A stretch of 64,000 nt of DNA, taken from contig CM000431.1 of assembly GCA_000165345.1 (NCBI GenBank), forward strand, positions 864,001 to 928,000. Direction: 5' to 3'. The notes under the pieces are model-generated. The model was not told the DNA's origin. It worked only from the letters and a program-made list of their open reading frames with translations, and made no database searches. The translations under genes were made by a program, and so were the position numbers. Of this stretch, positions 55,484-64,000 are shown piece after piece. Positions within the stretch are counted from its first letter, which is position 1. The number at the start of each line of letters is the position of its first letter.

Positions 55484-56242
55484 ATGGATAACACTTCGGA
55501 ACCAGGTGATAGTATGGAGTATTCATTTTCTGGAAATGAGCTGGATTATGAAGAAGAGGCTAGCTGGATAGAATGGTTTTGCTCACTTAAGAGAAGTGAA
55601 TTTTTTATTGAAGTAGATGATGAATATATTATGGATGACTTTAACTTGACTGGTTTAAATGAACATGTAATATACTACGATGATGCTCTTGACATGATTT
55701 TAGATCGTATTGATGATGACTTTAGTGAGGATGAAATAAGTGCAATTGAATCATCTGCCCAGCTACTTTATGGATTAATACACGCAAGATATATATTAAC
55801 ATCTAAAGGAATGCATTTGTTATTTGAAAAATACCAGACACAAAAATATGGTCTTTGTCCAAATGTTTCATGTAATAATTTCCCTTTATTACCTATTGGA
55901 CTTAGTGATCTACCAAATGTGAATAGTTGTAAAGTATACTGTGCAACATGTAATGAAGTATATAATCCAAAATCAACAAGACTAGCCTCCATAGATGGAG
56001 CATTCTTTGGTACAAGTTTTGCTCCACTATTTGCTTTGCAATATGGATTAGTTACCTCAAAAAATAAATCCCCCCAATATTATGTACCTAGAATATATGG
56101 ATTTGCCGTTTATAGAAATAAGAGAGATTTGCTTGCAGAAGAAGCTGAAGCTGAACTAGAAGCAGAAACTGAATCTAACGAATTTAAAAAAGATTTCAAA
56201 GGTGAATCAAGATTATTGATTCAGAAAAAAAATTCAAGATAA
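55484..56242 (+). CDS. CK2B: casein kinase II regulatory (beta) subunit
   Basis: ...SWIEWFCSLKRSEFFIEVDDEYIMDDFNLTGLNEHV...LLYGLIHARYILTSKGMHLLFEKY...YGLCPNVSCNNFPLLPIGLSDLPNVNSCKVYCATCNEVYNPKS...DGAFFGTSF matches CK2-beta along its length, including the zinc-ribbon Cys. The ORF-track start at 55442 is GTG. The first in-frame ATG is at 55484 (MDNTSEP...). Confidence 0.93.
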   Translation: MDNTSEPGDSMEYSFSGNELDYEEEASWIEWFCSLKRSEFFIEVDDEYIMDDFNLTGLNEHVIYYDDALDMILDRIDDDFSEDEISAIESSAQLLYGLIHARYILTSKGMHLLFEKYQTQKYGLCPNVSCNNFPLLPIGLSDLPNVNSCKVYCATCNEVYNPKSTRLASIDGAFFGTSFAPLFALQYGLVTSKNKSPQYYVPRIYGFAVYRNKRDLLAEEAEAELEAETESNEFKKDFKGESRLLIQKKNSR

Positions 56243-56698
56243 ATCAATTCTCAAACGATTTGAATACTACAAACATTTTTACATTAATTAAAATATTCAG
56301 GTTATTCATATAATTCTATTAAGAAAAAGTTACATTGCTCCATAATAACTATTAATTAAATTTTCAACAAAAGCGGGGTGATCATTAATATGAGATTTTT
56401 CTATTATTAATTTTACCCTCAGATTTGTGGTTATTTATTGTTGGAAATAATTAAATGCAAAAGATGGTCATTTAATTAGTGCTTGCAAGATATTTGAAAA
56501 TACAGTCCCATTATCAGAGATACATAACACTTTTTTGTTGAGTAATAAAGAAATTTTTTTTTTTAATTAATAAGATTTAATATAGAAAAATACACAAAAT
56601 TGGTTATTGTTCATTCTTATAAAGTCTTTAAATTAAGAGATATTGGCTTTTAATTTTCAAAGGCAAATTTGAATCTCAAGTGATTTTTAAATACAAGA

Positions 56699-58669
56699 AT
56701 GAATTCTTTTGGTGCAATAAATGGGCAAGGAGAAGATGATGATGACTTAGAACTTCAGCGTGCATTATCTGAATCCCTTCGCGAATTTAATAATACCAAT
56801 AATATATTAAAAAATAATGGCATTCAAACTCTGGATGAAAATAAAAAGCAGAGTAAGGATAACAACGATATTGAATTTATCAATAACTCTGTAACATTTG
56901 ATGATTTGATAAATTATTCAGAGTCTATGCAGAATGAATTGGTGAATATATTGAATCTTAATAATAATAATTGTAATAATTGTAAGAAAAAGAATGATAT
57001 TGATTCTTTAACTCAGATAATAACAGGAAAGAAAGTTATTATAGATAATAAATTACACGAACATTTTAATGAAACTTATGACCCCTATAAAGATAAAGAA
57101 TTAAAACCTTTACCCATTGACAATGTAAATGAAATTATTGAAATAATTTTTGGAATTAATGGAAATTTATTGGCTCAGGATGAAGACATTAAAAGATGGA
57201 TCTATCATTCAATTGAGTTTACATGTAATTCAATTCCAAAAATAGAAGATGATAATAAAACTGATTTTTTTAAGGAAAATCGATCAATTTTCACTTTTAA
57301 AGAAAACTTTAAAAGTATGAACTACTGTTTAATTCAACAAGGAGGTGGTCCTTGTGGAGTTTTAGCTTCCCTGAATGGATTTATTATAAGTCAATTAATA
57401 TTTAATCCTTTAAGGCTTAAAATGATTAAGGAAAAATATCAGGAAGATCTGGTTGAGTATTTGAATTCTATAAGTGAGGAGGATTGTTGGGAAGCTTTAA
57501 TTCAATCAATATGTATGATATTTTTCCAATCGTCTCCTGAAAGCAAGTATCGTGTTATTCAGTATAAACCATATGAAAAAATGGAAACACTTCAACAGAA
57601 TAGACATTTTGACTTGATAAGTAATTGTTTAATTGGAAATGGAAACAATTTGTATTATTATGTTGAATATGATGATATTATGGAAGTTTATAAATTCTAC
57701 TGGAGACGTTTAAAATCTGGAATCTTCTCTAATATTGGCTCATTATTTTCAATATTAGTTTCGATTGTTGGTTCAAGAACTCCAAATCAGATTCGCTTGG
57801 ATATGGATGACTTTACGAATCCTTTAGTAGGAATGTTTGGTCATTGTAGTCAAGAGCTTGTGAATCTATTTATCACAGGAAGTGCAGTATCTAATGTGTT
57901 TGATGGTGTAAAGATTTTGAACGATAATGGTGGAGGAACAGTAACAGGAGCAGGTGATACTAATGAATCGCTATCTTTAAAAGGTATTTATAAGAAGTCT
58001 ATACTAGGTTATTTAACAGAACATGAAGCATTACAGTATTGTAAAGTTGGATTAAATTATAAATATCCTCTTTATCCTATTTGGATTATTGTTAATAAAA
58101 ATCACTATAAATGCTCATTCAGTTTTAATTTCAATGAATGTATTCTAACCATTTCTCAAGAGTTTATTCAAGTTATGCAAAAAGCTTTTGAAAAGTTTGA
58201 TACTGAAAATTCTGGATTTATCTTTGATAATCAATTAGAAAAGTTTCTAAATGAAATTAATTTAAAAGACTGTATGTTTGAACTTAAAAAATTTAGTGAA
58301 AATGGAATAATTCTGTGGAATGATTTAAAGAAGTGTATATTAAATTTGGTGGGAATCGAAAATGAAGAAGATAATCAACTTAGAGGAAGTAGAACAGGAG
58401 ATAATTCTTTAATAAGCCAATATAAATTATGGACTTCTGTATATATTTTTGATGGTCAAAATCATATTGGAAAGAAATTAATCATTTCTACAATATTTCC
58501 ACTTGAAAACTATTCCAAAACTAAAAAACTTTACGATAAATTTTCTTCTAATCATAAACAAAATGACAATGATAAAAGAAAATCTATTGAAGAATTGGAT
58601 TTAATTTCAATTTTACAAACAAGATGGGGAGGAGAGACTGTAATTGAAACTAAAATCTTAAACCTATAA
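56699..58669 (+). CDS. MINDY/FAM188 (DUF4205)-type putative deubiquitinase with N-terminal UIM and EF-hand-like segment, 656 aa
   Basis: The N-terminal EDDDDLELQRALSESLRE is a ubiquitin-interacting motif. ...CLIQQGGGPCGVLASLNGFII... matches the catalytic-Cys region of FAM188/MINDY-3/4. ...FEKFDTENSGFIFDNQLEKFL... resembles an EF-hand. Confidence 0.55.
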   Translation: MNSFGAINGQGEDDDDLELQRALSESLREFNNTNNILKNNGIQTLDENKKQSKDNNDIEFINNSVTFDDLINYSESMQNELVNILNLNNNNCNNCKKKNDIDSLTQIITGKKVIIDNKLHEHFNETYDPYKDKELKPLPIDNVNEIIEIIFGINGNLLAQDEDIKRWIYHSIEFTCNSIPKIEDDNKTDFFKENRSIFTFKENFKSMNYCLIQQGGGPCGVLASLNGFIISQLIFNPLRLKMIKEKYQEDLVEYLNSISEEDCWEALIQSICMIFFQSSPESKYRVIQYKPYEKMETLQQNRHFDLISNCLIGNGNNLYYYVEYDDIMEVYKFYWRRLKSGIFSNIGSLFSILVSIVGSRTPNQIRLDMDDFTNPLVGMFGHCSQELVNLFITGSAVSNVFDGVKILNDNGGGTVTGAGDTNESLSLKGIYKKSILGYLTEHEALQYCKVGLNYKYPLYPIWIIVNKNHYKCSFSFNFNECILTISQEFIQVMQKAFEKFDTENSGFIFDNQLEKFLNEINLKDCMFELKKFSENGIILWNDLKKCILNLVGIENEEDNQLRGSRTGDNSLISQYKLWTSVYIFDGQNHIGKKLIISTIFPLENYSKTKKLYDKFSSNHKQNDNDKRKSIEELDLISILQTRWGGETVIETKILNL

Positions 58670-58670
58670 A

Positions 58671-60260
58671 TTAAAAATTTTTTAGTTCGTTTGGTATTGG
58701 ATTATTTGAAGTTAAAAGGATTTTTTTGAGCTCAGGAAATAATCCCGAATCTTCAGGTGTTATAAATGAAATAGCAATACCATTTTTCCCAGCTCTTCCT
58801 GTTCTTCCAATACGGTGAGTATAAGTATCAATCGATTTTGGGAAATCATAATTTATAACAAGGTTAATATTATTAATATCAATACCACGTCCAGCAACAT
58901 CGGTAGATACAAGAATGTCAAATACTCCGCTTTTAAACAAATTAAGACTATTTTCTCTAACTTCCTGCATTTTCCCACCATGTAGAGAAGTTGCTTTAAA
59001 ACCATGAGATACAATTTCTCTACATACAATATCTACCATCTTTTTTTGGTTAAGAAAAACAATAATTGGTGGTACTGCCAATTCTTTATTATTTAAAGTA
59101 TTAATTAACGTAGATTTCTTTTTATTTTCACTAATAAAATTGAGTATTTGTTGAATTGATTTTTTTCCTGCTCCAATATCTCCAATAGTAACATTAATTG
59201 GCGAATTAAGATACCTTTTCGCAATGTTTTCAAGCTCTTTCTGCATAGTAGCACTAAACATATGAGTAGTTCTTTGAATCTCTGGCGGTATCTGATCAAG
59301 AATAAAGTTGAGAGAGTCTTGAAATCCTAAATCAATCATTCTATCAGCTTCATCCAAAATAACATATGAACATTGTACTAATACTGTTAATGTTTTTTCA
59401 AGACAATCCTGCATTCTACCTGGAGTTGCAATAATAATCTCCACTCCTTTTCTAAGTGAAAATGCTTGTTGATCAATATTTCTTCCTCCAACAATAGATA
59501 AAGTACGTATTCTTTTTAATTCATGAGTTTTATTTAATAATTTTTGAGCTTCATCTTCAATTTGAAGTGCTAATTCTCTGGCTGGAGCAAGAATAAGTCC
59601 ATATGGTCCTTCTTGACTTGTTTTATAATCAAGTATTGGTTTATTCCCTACATAACTAATAAGTGGAATTAGAAAAGCTATAGTTTTACCACTACCAGTT
59701 TCTGCTATTCCTATCATATCCCTAAGTTTTAATCCAATAGGAATACATTGCATTTGAATTGGAGTTGGCTTTTCATAACCAATATTTCTAATTAACTCTG
59801 TTTGTATTTCTAAAACATGACAATCTTTCCAATTACGTATTGGATTTGGAACATCTTTGCCACGTACATTAATTGAGTAATCTTCTCTAAATATTTTCCA
59901 ATCTCTCTCAGTCATATCAAAATATCCCAAATCTGATTTCTCATCCAAAAATTCATCATTCTTTCCATTACTATCTTCTTTTCTTATTCCTTTCTTTTTC
60001 CTCTCGCTTAACATCTTTTCTATATTTAATCGATTCATATATAATTCATTTGACCCCAATGAAAAAGTATCCTCATTATTGCTCCATTCAAACTGTAGCA
60101 TGCCTCTATGTCTTTTTTTGCTCTTTCCATCTTCAACATTACTACTTATTAAGTCATAATTAACAACATTATCCTTCTCATCCGAATTAGCTTTATTAGC
60201 TAATATTGATTGATCGTTTTCATACCTATCTAACCTCTCTAGTCCCGGAATCTTCAACAT
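58671..60260 (-). CDS. DEAD-box ATP-dependent RNA helicase (Prp28/DDX23-like core), 529 aa
   Basis: Q motif PTPIQMQCIP, motif I AETGSGKTIAFLIP, Ia PARELA, II DEAD (ILDEADRMIDLGF), III SAT, VI HRIGRTGRAG. The N-terminal ~130 aa are charged. The stop codon lies 1 nt from the stop of the convergent upstream gene. Confidence 0.88.
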   Translation of the reverse strand: MLKIPGLERLDRYENDQSILANKANSDEKDNVVNYDLISSNVEDGKSKKRHRGMLQFEWSNNEDTFSLGSNELYMNRLNIEKMLSERKKKGIRKEDSNGKNDEFLDEKSDLGYFDMTERDWKIFREDYSINVRGKDVPNPIRNWKDCHVLEIQTELIRNIGYEKPTPIQMQCIPIGLKLRDMIGIAETGSGKTIAFLIPLISYVGNKPILDYKTSQEGPYGLILAPARELALQIEDEAQKLLNKTHELKRIRTLSIVGGRNIDQQAFSLRKGVEIIIATPGRMQDCLEKTLTVLVQCSYVILDEADRMIDLGFQDSLNFILDQIPPEIQRTTHMFSATMQKELENIAKRYLNSPINVTIGDIGAGKKSIQQILNFISENKKKSTLINTLNNKELAVPPIIVFLNQKKMVDIVCREIVSHGFKATSLHGGKMQEVRENSLNLFKSGVFDILVSTDVAGRGIDINNINLVINYDFPKSIDTYTHRIGRTGRAGKNGIAISFITPEDSGLFPELKKILLTSNNPIPNELKNF

Positions 60261-60353
60261 TATATTTGCATTTCTACTAATTTCTCCCTACTTTTTAATA
60301 ATTAAACAACTCTTATAATTACTAATTATTATAATTCATGCCAAAATACCGCC

Positions 60354-60365
60354 AGCGCCAAAAAC
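60354..60365. promoter_or_regulatory. E2F half-site-like AGCGCCAAAAA about 100 bp upstream of the helicase ATG
   Basis: A GC island in the AT-rich 5' flank. It is an imperfect match to the GGCGCCAAA copies elsewhere. Confidence 0.3.
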
Positions 60366-60934
60366 ATGCACGACCATTATTGATAAATATTAAAAGGTTA
60401 CCAATTTAAAGTAAATATGTAATGAAAAAAAAAAATGTTTTTTTTTGGCGGGAGATTTTGTTAAATATAAAATGCATGGAATAATGCAATTAATGTTAGA
60501 GGTAGAAAATGTTAAAATATTTAAAGATTACGAGAAAGTGAGAGTATGTTGGAGAAAAAAAATAAGGAAAAAAAAATAAAGAAAAGAAGTATAGGAAGAA
60601 GCAAAAGAAAAGAATAATATTTATTTGAGCTTAAGAATGAATAGATCCCGAATATTATTAGGTTTTATTAATTGAAATATAAAAATACGTAGATTTAAAA
60701 CTTTAAAAAATAATTATTATTAGTTTTATTTTTGTAAGAACTATCTTAAGTTAATTACGTTAAATTCAAACAGATTTTCTATTATTCTAACGAGGGTGAA
60801 ATGAAAAATAAAAGTTTAAGTAATTTGCATTCCGCCAATCATTGCTGGATTAAATATTAATAGATTACACAAATTTTTTTTAATTAGTTATAAGTAAATA
60901 ATATTGCTGAATTAAAATTAGCAACAAAATTTTA

Positions 60935-63900
60935 ATGGGAATTTCCCATACATTTATAAACTATATAATCACTTTCTGTTTAATTATATTACTGGAGTTT
61001 ATTTTTTCTATTGATATTTTAGACAGAGAGGATACTTATTGTAATGAGAATAATATATCAGATTTAATTTGTGTACCAGTAAGTATTATTGTTCATTTTT
61101 TTTTCTTTTCTTAAAAAAAAAACTTTATTCATACAAAATTATATACAAAATTCACTCATTATTTTAGAATGATAACATTATTGAACTTATTAATAAAATA
61201 ATTGAAGATTTATCACCAAAATTGCAATTAAAAGAAGAATACCAAGATATAAATACATATTTAGTTTTTAATGAGTTGGAATTTGTTAAAAGCCCATTAT
61301 ACTCTTGTGGTCATCCAAAATCAAAATTAATAGAACTGGATAACATTAAGAAAACATTCTTATGTATGGTAACAGAAGAATTACAAAAAGTTCTACAATG
61401 TAAAAGTGGATATGAATTAACTGAGGTATTAATAGAGAATCCTAGTAAAAAACTTGGATATGGTGAATCTGAAATTAGACCAAGAACTAATAGAGAGAAG
61501 AAATATGCAATAAAAAGTGATAAAATTTGTATTAAAACTGTAAAAGTTCCTGTTGAAATTATATGCAAAGTAAGTTTTCGCTATTTTTAAATGTTGAATT
61601 ATTAATATTTAAAAAAAAAAACAATTTTATATTTTAGGATGGCAAATTTAAAGATGGATTTTGTGTTAAGGAAGAAACAACAAATCCATTATATGAATGC
61701 CCTAAAGGATTACATGTGACTCCAAGAAGATGGTGTGGATATATTAAAAAAGAATTAAATGAAAGTTTAATGGAAAATGTAATTAAAAGAACAAATCCTG
61801 GATGTGTTATTAAAACAGTACATCCATGGTTTAAATCTACAGCTACTGTTGAATGTTATAATAGTAATAATGGTTATATTGTAGGTATTACAGAGGATGA
61901 TTGGGTTAATGTTATACCACCAACAATAAAATGTCCAAGAGATTTTGAAATAATATTCCCAACATATCCAACAGAAGATACAATTAAAGGTAATTTTACT
62001 TTTCCTCCGGTATGTCTTGCTAGAAGATATTTTCCAAGAAGTATAAGTTGTCCAGGAATATTATTAAGAAATGGACTTATAGTAACTGATAGATATATTG
62101 TTGATAACGAATTGAATCCAACTCCATTTAAGCAGAAAATAGATGTTTCACATTATTCTTGTCAGGTACAAAGTAGGGTGAAGCCAAATATAGTTTGTCC
62201 AATAATTAATATGGATTATTACTCAAGATTAAGATATGTTTTCCCAAATAATGAATATTATTTGAATTCACATTTCAATACTGAAGAAGTTATTAATTAT
62301 CAATCGGGACTTTTTGATTTTACAAGTTATTCAAATTTTTTAAATGAGAATCCAAATATTATTAATGAGTTAAAGGAAAATCAGTTAAGTCAATTGAGTA
62401 ATGTTTCTGATACTAATTCCACAATATCCAATAGTTCTATTTCCAATTCCAACTTAAATGACTCAATTGTATCAACATCCAATGATAATGATAATGATAA
62501 TGATAACTCAACTTTGAAATCTAGTCCATATTATAACTATAAGGCCTACAAAAATGAGTTTCATGAATATAAATACTATTATAATGATACTTTAAATAAA
62601 CACTTAAAGTCCATGAATGATTACAATAACCATGAATACTCATATTATCCATTCAGGTTGAATACTACTTTGGATAATCCTTGGAATACAAAAACTAGTA
62701 ATAATATTAGTAACAATTTGAGACGGGAGGATCATAGAAAAGTACATTCAATTCATTCAAAAGGTTCACAAATAGAAAAAGTGGTTGGAGCAAAACAATT
62801 CGATAAAGAATATGATAACTTTCTACAAGGATTAAAAATAGATTTATCAAAACAAAGTGAGTACTTTAATGATTATCAATGGGATTTCTTAAGCAAATTC
62901 TATAGAGTTTATATATCAGATCAATATAAATTTGTATCAAATATTCCAGTTTCTTCTATTTCACATAAAGCATTGACAATAGATGGAGGTTATCAACTGA
63001 ATATTAATTTAGATCCAACTTATCAAAGCTTTGTCAATTATACATTGGAAAATATGAAAATGATGGATTCTGAATTGAAAATTAACAATTTAATGGATAA
63101 TCTGAACGATACAATGATTAATAATAATGATAATGTTACTGATAGTAATAGTAGTAATGATAATAATACCGATAGTAATAATAATAACATTACTGAGATT
63201 AATATGAATATTAATAATCCTCAATTAATAGAAAAGTTATTAATTTTAAATGATACTAATACAACCAATAATCTTAATTTTACAAGAGATCATGAATATA
63301 ATGCTTGGGAAAAATCTGCAAGAATATATTTTATGGATTTAGATTTGATGAAAAAGAATCAAATAATTTATTCGAGTATTAGTAACTATAAACATAAGAG
63401 AAAGTTTCCATTTCTATATTATTATGGAAGACAACCAAGTATTAATAATGATTATGGACATATTAGAAGACCAGCAATTTCTGACCACAAATATAGATAT
63501 GGAAGTCCTGCAGAAGATTATCACAAATACAGTGGAAGACATGAAAATAGCGATTTACTTTATTATATTAACAAACATTTAAATCAGACAAAACCTTATA
63601 GACATTCTCCAGGGCCACAAACTTATCATAATTGTATATCTATAAATGAGACAACTCCAATAATAGAGTGTCCAAATTCAAATATTATTATTCCAAAATG
63701 TTTTATACTTGATATAATATATGGAATTTTTACAGCAAATAGTCAAAAGAATATTAATGATACATTGATTAAAGATATTGACGAAATGAATTTGAATAAT
63801 TCAATTTCTGAAACAAATGGCAATATTCAAGAAGAAGAAAAGAAAAAAAGGGAAGAGAAGAAAAAGAGAGAAGAAGAAGAGAAGATTAAGAAAGAAAAAG

Positions 63901-64000
63901 AAGAGGAAGAAAAAGCTTTTATGGATAATTATATTAATAGTAGACCAATTTCAATTCAAGAAGGATTGAATGATTTGGGAGATTTAGAAGCTATTGAAAG
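60935..64000 (+). CDS. multi-exon secreted cysteine-rich protein, 3'-partial (exons 60935..61078, 61168..61569, 61638..>64000)
   Basis: The ATG at 60935 encodes the signal peptide MGISHTFINYIITFCLIILLEFIFSIDIL. A GTAAGT donor at 61079 and a TTTTAG acceptor ending at 61167 join exon 1 in frame to the listed ORF 61222..61590. That ORF's apparent start is TTG, and its stop lies inside a second intron (donor AAA|GTAAGT at 61570, acceptor TTTTAG ending 61637). Exon 3 then reads open for ~787 codons to the window end. It contains repeated CP.G....C-like Cys motifs (YECPKGLHVTPRRWC, KCPRDF...VCLARR, SCPGILL), Asn/Asp low complexity (NDNDNDN) and a Glu/Lys-rich tail. Confidence 0.65.

Overview
This 64 kb window is AT-rich, gene-dense eukaryotic nuclear DNA. 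Most genes are single long ORFs, intergenic spacers are only 0.1-0.9 kb, and some neighbouring genes abut or overlap at their 3' ends. The intergenic regions carry recurring GGCGCC(AAA) (E2F-type) and GCATGC elements. Taken together with the intron-poor structure and the gene content (PCNA, DRG, CK2-beta, CorA/Mrs2, a Sec7 ARF-GEF, SAC3/GANP, a GT22 GPI/ALG-type mannosyltransferase, a Ca2+/cation exchanger), this looks like a compact apicomplexan chromosome segment, most plausibly a Cryptosporidium-like parasite. That organism assignment is an inference.

I can support about 27 protein-coding genes on both strands. Three of them are spliced and therefore absent or broken in the six-frame ORF track:
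- a three-exon ASC-1/TRIP4-type zf-C2HC5 gene (21038..22023);
- a three-or-more-exon secreted cysteine-rich protein that runs off the window end (60935..64000);
- a tentative small three-exon gene (35358..35695, minus strand).

I found no rRNA, tRNA, CRISPR, transposon or prokaryotic-style defence system. Nothing here looks like a novel multi-gene system. The items most worth a second look are:
- a signal-peptide-bearing kinase-fold protein with degenerate catalytic motifs, i.e. a candidate secreted pseudokinase (49771..52077);
- a heavily N-glycosylated secreted Gly/Pro/Leu-repeat protein (22403..25750);
- the E2F-like promoter architecture, including a perfect TTTGGCGCCAAA palindrome upstream of PCNA;
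- the unannotated spliced genes listed above;
- two convergent gene pairs whose stop codons overlap or lie 1 nt apart.

The ORF track uses non-ATG starts (TTG/GTG) in places, so I corrected two start codons.
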